Of a DNA stretch of 64,000 nucleotides, positions 9,890 through 18,999 are shown piece after piece; positions within the stretch are counted from its first letter, which is position 1, and the number at the start of each line of letters is the position of its first letter. Source of the DNA: a virus. Where the stretch lies: the IMG/VR virus record IMGVR_UViG_3300009177_000030, positions 30,721 to 94,720 of that record, one strand, 5' to 3'. The notes beneath the pieces are model-generated. The model was not told where the DNA came from and ran no database searches. It saw only the letters and a list, made by a program, of their open reading frames with translations. The translations under genes were made by a program, and so were the position numbers.

Positions 9890-9983
9890 GAGAGCCAGTA
9901 AGATTGGTGACAGTAACGGCAAAACCGCCACTCCTTCCTCTTGAGTTGGTGGTGGTTCATAACCTTGCACCAGAACCAGTTCC

Positions 9984-10178
9984 TCACATCACCCGCCACG
10001 TAGAAGGAAAACTATCCCTTAGGACGCTATCCGGATCTTTCCCCGCGAGCCTCTGTGACTCCCGAAAGTATCCTCGGTAGTACGAAAGAAATGTAGACTG
10101 ACGGTTATAGCGTACAAACATAATTACGCAAAGAATAAACAGGATTCCGCAACTACCGGCCAAGAGGTAGTCCATCAC
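9984..10178 (-). CDS. Small single-TM protein
   Basis: N-terminal hydrophobic helix; coupled to neighbours. Confidence 0.5.
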   Translation of the reverse strand: MMDYLLAGSCGILFILCVIMFVRYNRQSTFLSYYRGYFRESQRLAGKDPDSVLRDSFPSTWRVM

Positions 10179-10522
10179 TGAACTACCTTAATCCGGGGTT
10201 CGCCGTCAACCTCTTCGATCCGCGCAAACACTTCGCTGAAGTCCGGAGGGGTAACGGTCGCAGAAGGGTCAGTTTCTGCGGGCGATTTCCATTCAACCTG
10301 CTCAATGATGCGTTGGTCCATGTCTGCGACTTTGCGCATAAAGGCTTTCGTGCTCGGTATGTCTACAAAGGACCGCTGCTCCTGTTGGCGCGGATCTTCA
10401 CCCCACGCGACAGTTAGTCCAACGCATACCGAAATCACCATCCCGTCTTTGTTGCGACTGAGAACGAATTTCTTCTGCGATGCGTAATGCCGGATGGTGT
10501 GAGTGTTGAAATTATTAGGCAT
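10175..10522 (-). CDS. Hypothetical protein
   Basis: 115 aa with overlapping start/stop coupling. Confidence 0.55.
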   Translation of the reverse strand: MPNNFNTHTIRHYASQKKFVLSRNKDGMVISVCVGLTVAWGEDPRQQEQRSFVDIPSTKAFMRKVADMDQRIIEQVEWKSPAETDPSATVTPPDFSEVFARIEEVDGEPRIKVVQ

Positions 10523-11717
10523 GCGTTAAACTCCGAAACCACTTTTCCCAGGGGTGCCGCAACCGGGTCCAGTCCAAATGCGCAACTCCATCCCGCAATT
10601 CCTCCGACCGATACTCCCGATCAGATCGCTTCTTCTCTATCTGTGTGATCGCCGCATTAGCGAATCCGTACCCAGACAGAACGGCGCGTTGCACGTTGAA
10701 AGGCGTGTCCACTCGCATCGTTACCGGCTTGACCCGGCACTCTTCAGGTACGAGCTCCGGCCCAGCCGCATAATCCGTCACCACACACGCTGTTCCACAG
10801 GCCAGCGACTCTGCTATTGGGTAACCAAATCCTTCGGAACCACTCGGCAGCATCGTACAGTCACAAGCCGAATATCGGAGCGCCAGTTCCTCGTCGGTGC
10901 ATTGCTGCGTGACTTCCAGACAATCGCCGAGACCGTAGTCCGCAGCCAGTGCGAACACGTTCCAAGTTCTGATTTGGATGTCAGTGTGCAGCCAGAATCG
11001 GAATCGATTCCCATAGTGCTTCTTCAGGATCGCGGCCGCTTCAAACGCAACCGGGAAATCCTTCCTCGATTGGTTCGCCATGACTGCGCCACAACAAATT
11101 ATGTTTGGATCCGCTCCAAGTTTCAGCGCCGCTTTCATGTCGGGCGCGAACGTCTGCATATTGATTCCGTGCGGCAGCCAGGAGGCGTTTGAATTTCCGC
11201 TATTCCGTAGCACCTGACATCCCCACTCACTCGCTGCCATCAGGCGGTCATAGCCACGCGAGGCGGCGGTCATTTCAACACCGAGAGAGTGGCCGTTGGG
11301 GCCATACGAATCCACTGGCGTGTATCCGGCCTTGAGAAACGTTCTGCCTTCGCCGAGGAACTCCGCAAGGTTTCCGTACATCGCCGGGTTCGCGAACCAT
11401 CCGCGCCGGGACATGTCGTCGGTTGTGAGAATGATTCCTGGTTCGCCGTTGGAGAAATCGTTCCACGCGCCTTCGATCTGGCGCTGGCCCCAGCCTTCGG
11501 ATTCGTGGAAGTCGTAAATGGAAAAGGGAAACTTGCGGTTGTTTCCGCAGCCGCGGGCTAGGACCGCAACGCGATATTCCGGTAAAGTGGCCAGGAGCAT
11601 GGAGAGGTCGCGGGTCACCCGGCTCAAGCCTCCATGCAGGGCGGGGCTGTCGCCCACGACCATGATTGGATTTCCTAAAGCCTTCACGCGCTCACCGCCT
11701 TGCGGGATTGCCACCAC
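10515..11717 (-). CDS. GT-B glycosyltransferase (family 4-like)
   Basis: GDSP..GGLSRV, LPHGIN, NQSRKD and SEGFGYPIAESLACG (EX7E) motifs. Confidence 0.9.
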   Translation of the reverse strand: MVAIPQGGERVKALGNPIMVVGDSPALHGGLSRVTRDLSMLLATLPEYRVAVLARGCGNNRKFPFSIYDFHESEGWGQRQIEGAWNDFSNGEPGIILTTDDMSRRGWFANPAMYGNLAEFLGEGRTFLKAGYTPVDSYGPNGHSLGVEMTAASRGYDRLMAASEWGCQVLRNSGNSNASWLPHGINMQTFAPDMKAALKLGADPNIICCGAVMANQSRKDFPVAFEAAAILKKHYGNRFRFWLHTDIQIRTWNVFALAADYGLGDCLEVTQQCTDEELALRYSACDCTMLPSGSEGFGYPIAESLACGTACVVTDYAAGPELVPEECRVKPVTMRVDTPFNVQRAVLSGYGFANAAITQIEKKRSDREYRSEELRDGVAHLDWTRLRHPWEKWFRSLTHA

Positions 11718-11940
11718 TCGTGAAGATGCTGCGTCAGAGACTTCGGTGGCCGTAGGAGTTGTCGTATTTGATCCATTGAAATTGGCTTTACGTGGGATAG
11801 TGCGAACACTCGAACGGCATCCTCGTAATCGTTAACGCTGACATGGATGCACTCTTCGCTGGTGGCACTGGAGACGAACGCATTCATCTTTGCCGCTTCG
11901 TACTTGCTGACTCTATTGCGGTCGGAAACTATGACAAACA

Positions 11941-12174
11941 TCAGGCTTCCGCATCTCCACCCAACATCACCGCCGCCTCATCCTCCGTCAACACATGCCC
12001 CGCACTAGCCGTCCCTCGAATCCCAATAGCAGCGCGAAATCCGCACACGGAGCAGTCAACGACGGAATCCTTGCCGGGTTCACATTCGTGCATAATCCAT
12101 GAGGAGTTGTTGCAGGTCGGACACTGGAGACGGGGTAAGCCGCTGGGGGATTCGTGGATCACTTTGTCAGACAT
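11941..12174 (-). CDS. Zn-ribbon hypothetical protein
   Basis: CPTC...CSVC. Confidence 0.55.
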   Translation of the reverse strand: MSDKVIHESPSGLPRLQCPTCNNSSWIMHECEPGKDSVVDCSVCGFRAAIGIRGTASAGHVLTEDEAAVMLGGDAEA

Positions 12175-12340
12175 TTATTCAATTCATCTCCCATAGTTTC
12201 ACTAACGAGATAAGCGCAACACTGACCACACGTAACCTTCAGTTGATTAGGATCGAAAGCGTGAGTGACCTCAACGCCGTCTTGCCAGCCCACAAAAGCG
12301 CCACATCGCGCGCCGCCATCAACCATCCAGTGAACCGGCT

Positions 12341-12577
12341 TCATACTCCAGGCCAACCAGCATCGCGCAGCTCTCGCAGCACCGGATGATCCGCGCGTAA
12401 TTTGAACTTCATATTTCCGTACGCCACGGCCTGAACAAACTGATGCTTGACTGGCGGCATCAGACGATCCGCAATTCGCTGCATCACGCCGCGATTTGCC
12501 AGCACCCACGCCCTAACGGCTTTGTGTTCTGGCTTGAGTGGTTTCCGTTTTGCCAAGGAAAATAATAACAGAATCAA
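12341..12577 (-). CDS. Small basic, possibly DNA-binding protein heading the minus-strand operon
   Basis: HTH-like MQRIADRL..VKHQFVQAV; exact start uncertain. Confidence 0.4.
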   Translation of the reverse strand: MILLLFSLAKRKPLKPEHKAVRAWVLANRGVMQRIADRLMPPVKHQFVQAVAYGNMKFKLRADHPVLRELRDAGWPGV

Positions 12578-12584
12578 AAAAGTT

Positions 12585-12626
12585 CTACAACTACTTGTAG
12601 TATGTCAATGATTCTAAAGGTATAAT
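12585..12626. promoter_or_regulatory. Divergent promoter region with CTACAA-N4-TTGTAG palindrome
   Basis: Palindrome 12585-12600; plus-strand TATAAT 12621-12626, 7 nt before ATG 12634; minus-strand TTGACA at 12603-12608. Confidence 0.55.
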
Positions 12627-12633
12627 TCCAGTC

Positions 12634-13032
12634 ATGACCCGCACCAAACACCGCTTCCCAGGCATCCCGCTCTGGCTGGTCCTCGGAATAATTCTTCTGA
12701 CCACGGTAGCCTTTTCTGGCGGCCAGGGAATTACAACGATCACGACCGCCGGCACTCCCGTTCAGCTTTATTCCAGCAACCCAGGCACGAAGGCTGTTGG
12801 CTGTACGATCACCGCCGCCTCCACGAATACCGGAACGATTTGGGTTGGGTTTAGTTCAGCGGTTTCGGCCGCCAATAAAATAGGAACACCCCTTGGTCCT
12901 CCTTTGACGGCAGGCCAGCCCGGTGCCAGCTACGCCTGCATGCCTGTAGGAAATACCGCTACGTTCTCTCTCGGGAGCATATTTCTGGATGCCACGGTGT
13001 CTGGGGATAAGGCGAGTTTCTCGTGGTTTTAA
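12634..13032 (+). CDS. Secreted small beta-sandwich protein (virion-decoration-like)
   Basis: Signal peptide ...LLTTVAFS|GG; Thr/Gly-rich beta composition. Confidence 0.7.
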   Translation: MTRTKHRFPGIPLWLVLGIILLTTVAFSGGQGITTITTAGTPVQLYSSNPGTKAVGCTITAASTNTGTIWVGFSSAVSAANKIGTPLGPPLTAGQPGASYACMPVGNTATFSLGSIFLDATVSGDKASFSWF

Positions 13033-13760
13033 AAATACTGGCAGGCGCGCTGGTTGCCACTGGCCTGTGGGCTCAATTGGTTACGCCACCGCCGTATGGA
13101 ACTCCATCCTCCGGTCCAGGCTCAGGCTCAGGGAACTCCACAATCTGCAACGCGAGTGCATCGGCCACGGCACCAACCTGTCCCGGCGTCCCGGTTCCTG
13201 CCTCACTCACTGGACTTACGGGTACATTGGTGATCCAGACGCAGACGAACGGAGCGCCGACAACACTGAATATCGCAGGCTTGGGGGCAAAGAACATATA
13301 CATCAATGGTGCGGTGAGCAGCGCATCTAATGTACTGGCGATTGGTTCGTATCAGTTTTATTACGATGGAACGCAGGTTCAGGTACAAACAGGATTTTCA
13401 GGGAAGATATTGTTGGCCTCATTCGGTATCGATGGTGGCGGGTCCGTAATATCCACCGGCGGTCTCGGAGTATTTCCCATCGCTGGTTCGGCCTGCACGA
13501 TAACCAGAGTAGATTCCAGTGGATCACCGTCAGGATCGGCCACAATGGACATCTGGAAAGCGGCTGGAGCAATCCCGACAGGCTCAGATAAAATCAGTGG
13601 GTCCTCTCCTGCTACCCTATCATCCTCTCAACTTGGCCTGAACAGTTCCCTGTCTGGCTGGACCACTTCGGTTTCAATCGGTGACGTTTGGGGAGCCAGT
13701 GTGGCGACCGCTACTACCGTAACTTCTATGAACGTGTTTATTTGGGGGACGTGTCCGTGA
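13023..13760 (+). CDS. Secreted tail-fibre-like protein
   Basis: MVLKILAGALVATGLWA|Q; TNGAPTTLNIAGLGAKNI and YYDGTQ segments resemble tail-fibre modules. Confidence 0.7.
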   Translation: MVLKILAGALVATGLWAQLVTPPPYGTPSSGPGSGSGNSTICNASASATAPTCPGVPVPASLTGLTGTLVIQTQTNGAPTTLNIAGLGAKNIYINGAVSSASNVLAIGSYQFYYDGTQVQVQTGFSGKILLASFGIDGGGSVISTGGLGVFPIAGSACTITRVDSSGSPSGSATMDIWKAAGAIPTGSDKISGSSPATLSSSQLGLNSSLSGWTTSVSIGDVWGASVATATTVTSMNVFIWGTCP

Positions 13761-15868
13761 AGAAAATTATTCTGGCATTATTGCTTTGCACAGCGCCTGC
13801 TTTTGCGGCGATTTCCGCCAATACGGTTTGGGAGGTCCGCACTACCGGCTCTGACACCAATAGCGGCGGATTTGTTGCTGGTGCATCTGGCACGGACATG
13901 TCGCAGTTCGATAACAAGAACGCTGCGGCTTGCACGTCATGCCAAAGCTCTACCATAAATATTTCCACTACTGACGCGGTAACTGCTGGCACCACTACAG
14001 TCACGAGTGCAACGGCGAACTTCTCGGCGGCTATCGTTGGAAACCTTGTTTACCTCTCAGGTGGAACCGGAAGTATCGCGGGCGCTTGGTATCAGGTGGT
14101 GACTTTCACGAATGTAACCACAATTGTTTTAGACCGTTCGACTGGTCTTTCGGCGGGTACTGGGGCGACCATAAACATAGGCGGGGCACTCGCCACATTT
14201 GGCCAACTTGCCATAAATATGGTTACGAGCAATCAAGCCTACGTGAAGGCGGGAAGTGGCTACACCAGCACCGCAACGAACACTTTCATTGGGACGGTTA
14301 CGCCGGGCCAGATGAATGCCATCCTGGGTTATGGTACGACCCGGGGAGATGGAGGAATGGTTACATTGACTCTCAGCACCAACACAGGATTAAAGGGATT
14401 GACCTCCACGGGAGATGGTTGGCGAATAGAGAATATAACGGTAGATTGCGCCTCTCTTGGTACGAGCACCGCCATGTCTTTCACTGGAAGTTATGGGTCT
14501 ATATTTAATGCCGTAGCTAAAAACTGTACGTCGAATGGAATTATTGCGACGAATAACATCATTGCCCAATCGGAATCATCTGGACAGTCAGGTGGCACCG
14601 GGATAAGCGGAGCATCGGTACTCGACAGTTACGTCCATGATTCTGTTTCTTCCATAAACGGTATAACCATAGGCAATACAGGGTCCGCTATAAACAACTT
14701 GGTCACAAATTTGGCTGGTTCAAATTCGGTAGGTATTCGCCTTGGTGGGTACAGTTCGATCGCGCGTAATAATACGATGTACTCGATAGGGGGAAGTTGC
14801 ATGTTGACATTCATTTCTTTCCCAATACCAGCCTATATCCGCAACAACATCATGGAAAAATGCAGCGCTGCTGCCGGAAGTGCGTGGGGGATAGCAGCCA
14901 CGAATGCCATGCCAGCGCAGCCGTTGTTGGATGGAAATTATTATCTTAAATGGTTTGCTCTGTCAAATAGACATAACATTGATGACGTTTCTGGAGTCAA
15001 TGCGGCGGGTCCGTATACCAACACTCTCGACAGGATCGGCTCCGCTGAACCCTTTAATAATTCATCTGGAGGGGTGTTTTCCTTAAATAACGCGGTCGGC
15101 GGTGGGCATGAAATACGTGGCTATTCCGTCCCTTCAAAACAGCAGGGTGTATCTGGATTTCAGGGATATGCTGATATGGGGGCTACTCAGCATTGGTCCA
15201 ACCCGCTATCGTCAGCGGGGGCTGCTGTACATGTAGCGCCATTTGTAAGCAGCACAGCGCCTCCTCCCCCCATAACCTACGCCGCTGAGGGAGATTCAAT
15301 AACGTCTGGATCGGGTACTATGACTCTTGTTTTGACATACCCCGCCGACGCGTTGGATGGGAATATTGCCAGTGGGCTTGGTGCGACGGCCATCACCAGT
15401 TACATGAATTACACTAATACCGGAACGGCGGGGAAGAAATGTAGTGAGTTGACGGCCCGTTATTCTTCCACGGTGGCTCCGCTGTATAACGCCTCAAGCT
15501 CCAAAAATGTAGCCAGCATCATGTGTGGGTCCAATGCTGAGTCTGGTGGCTTGGCATCATCAGCCTACACGCAAATTCAGGCATGGGTGTCTGCGGCTAA
15601 GGCAACGGGATTTACGGTGTTGGTTGGATTAGTCCCCAACGCAACTGGGTCGGACGCCTATGATGCGACATTGAACGGCCTTATCATTGCCGGGGCTGGC
15701 GCTGGCGGCTATACGGTTTTTGGGTCTTCCGGCACATCTCCCATGTATTGCAATGGGTGCGCTGCCAACACTACGTATTTTCAGGATGGACTACATCCAA
15801 CTCCACTGGGAGCTACGTACATTGCAGCTTACGAAACGCTAGCCTTTGCTGCAATTGGAATCAATTAA
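13757..15868 (+). CDS. Secreted beta-helix protein with C-terminal SGNH/GDSL hydrolase domain
   Basis: GTG 13757, MKKIILALLLCTAPAFA|A; Asn-ladder repeats; GDSIT, GSN and DGLHP SGNH blocks. Confidence 0.8.
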   Translation: MKKIILALLLCTAPAFAAISANTVWEVRTTGSDTNSGGFVAGASGTDMSQFDNKNAAACTSCQSSTINISTTDAVTAGTTTVTSATANFSAAIVGNLVYLSGGTGSIAGAWYQVVTFTNVTTIVLDRSTGLSAGTGATINIGGALATFGQLAINMVTSNQAYVKAGSGYTSTATNTFIGTVTPGQMNAILGYGTTRGDGGMVTLTLSTNTGLKGLTSTGDGWRIENITVDCASLGTSTAMSFTGSYGSIFNAVAKNCTSNGIIATNNIIAQSESSGQSGGTGISGASVLDSYVHDSVSSINGITIGNTGSAINNLVTNLAGSNSVGIRLGGYSSIARNNTMYSIGGSCMLTFISFPIPAYIRNNIMEKCSAAAGSAWGIAATNAMPAQPLLDGNYYLKWFALSNRHNIDDVSGVNAAGPYTNTLDRIGSAEPFNNSSGGVFSLNNAVGGGHEIRGYSVPSKQQGVSGFQGYADMGATQHWSNPLSSAGAAVHVAPFVSSTAPPPPITYAAEGDSITSGSGTMTLVLTYPADALDGNIASGLGATAITSYMNYTNTGTAGKKCSELTARYSSTVAPLYNASSSKNVASIMCGSNAESGGLASSAYTQIQAWVSAAKATGFTVLVGLVPNATGSDAYDATLNGLIIAGAGAGGYTVFGSSGTSPMYCNGCAANTTYFQDGLHPTPLGATYIAAYETLAFAAIGIN

Positions 15869-15958
15869 AGGTCAAAAGAAATGAAAACCGCAATCATGCT
15901 GTGCCGTCTCGCCTGCTGGTGTGTGGCTGCTGCTGTATTTGAGTTCAGGAGACCGTAA

Positions 15959-16309
15959 ATGCCCGATCTCGTAGGCGGACTTGGCGACAAACTGACAGCG
16001 ATCTCCGACAAGTTGGTGGCGGCGATACCGGGAATCGAGAAGCCAATACTGGATGAGTTGCACGCCGATATTGCATCGCTCGTTCAAGCTGAAAAGGACG
16101 GCATTACCCAGATCGGCGAAACCGAAAAGCAGGTCATCGACTACGCTCTGCAAAAGGCCGCGGTGCTCCTGAATTCACAGCGGGCCGCTCTGCTCAACGA
16201 TATTGATCGGCGCTTCGTGGCGCTCGGTGCGATTCTTGAGGCACTCGGCCAAGCGATGCAGAAGAATGGCACAGTGACATCCAATGACCCGCTACCGCCG
16301 CAATCCTGA
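15959..16309 (+). CDS. Helical hypothetical protein
   Basis: 116 aa, preceded by an AGGAG RBS. Confidence 0.6.
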   Translation: MPDLVGGLGDKLTAISDKLVAAIPGIEKPILDELHADIASLVQAEKDGITQIGETEKQVIDYALQKAAVLLNSQRAALLNDIDRRFVALGAILEALGQAMQKNGTVTSNDPLPPQS

Positions 16310-16419
16310 CTCGACTGCCCTGATGGTCATCGTGGCGCTCGGGCTGTTCGCTATCGGGATGGCGGTTGTGATCCGCTGAAAGTATGATATTCTGAAATTC
16401 GCAAGGGTACGAGCCACTG

Positions 16420-16469
16420 AAGCCGTCTGCCGATCTGGACCATCGGAACAACAGACGGTTTCTTTTTTT
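16420..16469 (+). terminator. Intrinsic terminator-like branched hairpin
   Basis: AAGCCGTCTG...CAGACGGTTT followed by CTTTTTTT. Confidence 0.6.
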
Positions 16470-16479
16470 GATACAATGA

Positions 16480-16920
16480 TATTGGCTCAGTATGTGGCGT
16501 CCACCACAAACCGAATTCCCATCCACATACCTTAGCCGTGCTCTGCCCTTCGATTCTCCCAGTATGGGAGCGGTTTGGCTCCACAGGTAAAGCCTATGTG
16601 TCCCCGAAAAAACAACCCCTGTTCAAAGACTACGGAAATAAGCGCCGATAACGAAGAGAGTCAGCGAAACCCAAGCAACGGAGCGGTAGTCGATCCGCTA
16701 TTCACGCCTACGTCTTGGTCCATCCGCATCCTCGATTACTAAGCTCGTCGAACTTCGTTAAGAGTCTGATTGTCGAAAGGGAAGAAAAGGGAAAACAACT
16801 GCAAACCCTATAGGAATGCGGAGGGAAGGCGTGTTGTCTTTAAGGATTCTCAACGCATCCCCTTCGGATACCGCAGCCCCTCCAGCCAGTGCTTGAACAG
16901 GTTCCAGTACAACCATAGAG
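16480..16920. ncRNA. Candidate large structured non-coding RNA
   Basis: No convincing ORF; several perfect 6-9 bp long-range complementarities (see findings). Confidence 0.4.
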
Positions 16921-16975
16921 CGAATTTCATAATCAACTCATCGGCTGAAAATGATATTCTTTTAGAGAGGAAACC

Positions 16976-17494
16976 ATGAAACTCGCACTTCTCGCCGCAT
17001 TTCTCGCCCTGCCACTGGCCGCACAGCCCGCATTCCCTGATCTGGCTATCGGCGGTGGACTTCAATACTCGCAGCAGTCGCAACCGCAATCTCAGGGGCT
17101 GGCGTTCGTTGCCAAGCTCGCCGATAAGACGCACGGCATCTACAACTACAACCTCCTGCGAATCACGGCGGTGACCTTCGACAAGAAGACGCACGCGATC
17201 GGAGTCCAAAAGCAGGCGGAAACGGGGGTGGCGATCTACATCAATTCGTTCAACCTCGGGCCGTCCCTGGGTACGTGGGATTGCTTCACCGCGGTCACTG
17301 GTGGCGCTGCTTTGGTCGGCGGCAGTGTTGGGGCCTCCGCAAGCGGCACGCCATTCTGTGCGCGTCCTCTGGGCAAAGGCTGGTATCTGGATGTGTTCGG
17401 TGGGGTGTCGTATTCTGCGCTGGCGAATGGCGGCGGATCGGCGGGTGTCTCGTACCCGGCTGGACTGGCGTTTCATTGGGGAGGAAAGCTGTAA
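16976..17494 (+). CDS. Secreted, probably outer-membrane beta-barrel protein
   Basis: GAGG RBS; MKLALLAAFLALPLAA|Q; alternating amphipathic strands; aromatic C-terminal strand GLAFHW. Confidence 0.65.
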   Translation: MKLALLAAFLALPLAAQPAFPDLAIGGGLQYSQQSQPQSQGLAFVAKLADKTHGIYNYNLLRITAVTFDKKTHAIGVQKQAETGVAIYINSFNLGPSLGTWDCFTAVTGGAALVGGSVGASASGTPFCARPLGKGWYLDVFGGVSYSALANGGGSAGVSYPAGLAFHWGGKL

Positions 17495-17706
17495 TGGATA
17501 ATCCACGCGGCCTAGCAGATTTTCAGGTACGTGACATTCTCTACGCGGATCGGTGCCCAGTTTGTGAAACCGGAAACCTTGATACGGGATGGGAATGCAA
17601 CTCATGCAATGTGGACTGTAAGCCACTGGTAGACCGACTGTCACCGTTGGCCCCATCTCCGACAGCGCACTATCCACATCCAGGCTATCGCGATCACATC
17701 ATGTAG
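17494..17706 (+). CDS. Zn-finger hypothetical protein
   Basis: CPVC...CNSC; TAATG coupling. Confidence 0.55.
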   Translation: MDNPRGLADFQVRDILYADRCPVCETGNLDTGWECNSCNVDCKPLVDRLSPLAPSPTAHYPHPGYRDHIM

Positions 17707-17833
17707 CGGCATCCTGAACAAGTTTGGCGGCGATATAGCCGCACACGACGCGGGGCGAAGGCAATCTGTGACAGGGTGCGCCGGGAAATAGGCGAGTCAA
17801 CGTGGTTAGAGTGGCAGTCACCCCATTTAATAT

Positions 17834-17864
17834 CGGGTCTGCGGGAAACCGTAGGCCCGTTTTT
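17834..17864 (+). terminator. Intrinsic terminator
   Basis: CGGGTCTGCGG-GAAA-CCGTAGGCCCG then TTTTT. Confidence 0.75.
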
Positions 17865-17926
17865 ACGTTATGATGGGATTCAGGCGGCTTCGGGATGAAG
17901 TGATCCGATGACCGAACCTTGAGGTA

Positions 17927-18196
17927 GTGAAAATGGTACGAGCGAAGTTTGTAGTTGAAAGTTACGAAACCCGCAAAAGCAATACCCGCGACCCTGAATC
18001 CGAAGAACTCCGAACACTGAAACTGGTTGCGGTTTCTGATGGCAGCGAAGAAAACAAGAAGTTCTTCCGCTGGACCCCAAACGGCACCATCAGTATCGGT
18101 GTGCTGAACCCTGAAGCATGGAAGCAATTGGAACTCGGCAAGAGTTACTACGTTGACTTCACGGAAGTGATTGACACTTCGGTGCCCAATGGATAG
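17927..18196 (+). CDS. Phage hypothetical protein (VRAKF...TPNG...YYVDFT)
   Basis: GAGG RBS; compact 87-89 aa ORF. Confidence 0.7.
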   Translation: MKMVRAKFVVESYETRKSNTRDPESEELRTLKLVAVSDGSEENKKFFRWTPNGTISIGVLNPEAWKQLELGKSYYVDFTEVIDTSVPNG

Positions 18197-18400
18197 CCCG
18201 GTAATTCACGGAGATCCATTCACACCGGAACGTCTGAAGGAGTTAATGGCCCAGGTTCGCGACTTCGGCAAAGAATCTAATATCACTCCGCACGCGAGAT
18301 TTATTGACCATGCGAAAGAGTCTGGATTTAGCGATTCGCAAGCGGAATTTCTCTGGGGTCTGCATCTGATGCCACCGATTCGGCTTTTCTGATTCACTTG

Positions 18401-18433
18401 AGCCGGGAATCCTTAACGGGGTTTCCGGCTTTC
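18401..18433 (+). terminator. Hairpin/terminator
   Basis: AGCCGGGAATCC...GGGTTTCCGGCT then a T-rich tail. Confidence 0.6.
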
Positions 18434-18460
18434 GTGCTTTTACGGTAGAATAATCACATT

Positions 18461-18670
18461 ATGAAGTCTCTCAGCCAAGACGCCACCCGCATGTGCTTCG
18501 GCTTTCTCCTGCTGACAATTCTGGTAGGCCTGGCGATTGCCATCGCTCTCGGACACGTTGAGGAGCGCACCAGCTACGGCCTGATGCCCCTGTTGATGGG
18601 AGTCTCGAATCTGGCGACTCAGTTTGCATCGTGGGCATTCAGCAAGCCGAAATCGAAGGATGAAGAATGA
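18461..18670 (+). CDS. Two-TM holin-like protein
   Basis: Two hydrophobic helices and a charged C-tail KPKSKDEE. Confidence 0.5.
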   Translation: MKSLSQDATRMCFGFLLLTILVGLAIAIALGHVEERTSYGLMPLLMGVSNLATQFASWAFSKPKSKDEE

Positions 18671-18999
18671 AAACCACAACGCAGATCCTGAACAATCTCT
18701 ACAGCCTGGTGTGCGTCTTGTGCGCTGTATGGGCAGAGATGCCACCCGCCGCGCTTGACGTGCTCCCCGCACCGTGGAAGCATTACGTTACGGTCGGAGC
18801 TATGGCTGCGATGTGGATCAAGGGCCACTATAACCTGTTTATTACACCGAATGGCGCGAAACTCCAGCAGTTCGTCAACGTTGGATCTCAGCCGGGAGTT
18901 GTGAGTTACGCCAGCGGCCAGGTCGCGCAAGAGGCTCCAGGTATTCCGCCGGTTCCAACCGAGGTGAAGGTTTCGGCTGATCCCAAGGTGGCAGAGTGA
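18667..18999 (+). CDS. Two-TM holin-like membrane protein
   Basis: Two hydrophobic segments and a hydrophilic tail; ATGA coupling. Confidence 0.45.
   Translation: MKTTTQILNNLYSLVCVLCAVWAEMPPAALDVLPAPWKHYVTVGAMAAMWIKGHYNLFITPNGAKLQQFVNVGSQPGVVSYASGQVAQEAPGIPPVPTEVKVSADPKVAE

Noticed and set aside
3176-15868. Diversity-generating retroelement or invertible tail-fibre cassette
   Set aside because: No reverse transcriptase, no template/variable repeat pair and no flanking inverted repeats were found.
16620-16700. Group I intron (GTTCAAAGACTAC resembles the R element; GACTA/TAGTC resembles P7)
   Set aside because: No interrupted gene and no P/Q elements in the right order; kept only as an unassigned structured RNA.
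17752-17825. tRNA or tmRNA (GGGGCGA...TCACCCCA)
   Set aside because: No pairing T-arm or TTC loop, no D/anticodon arms, and far too short for tmRNA.
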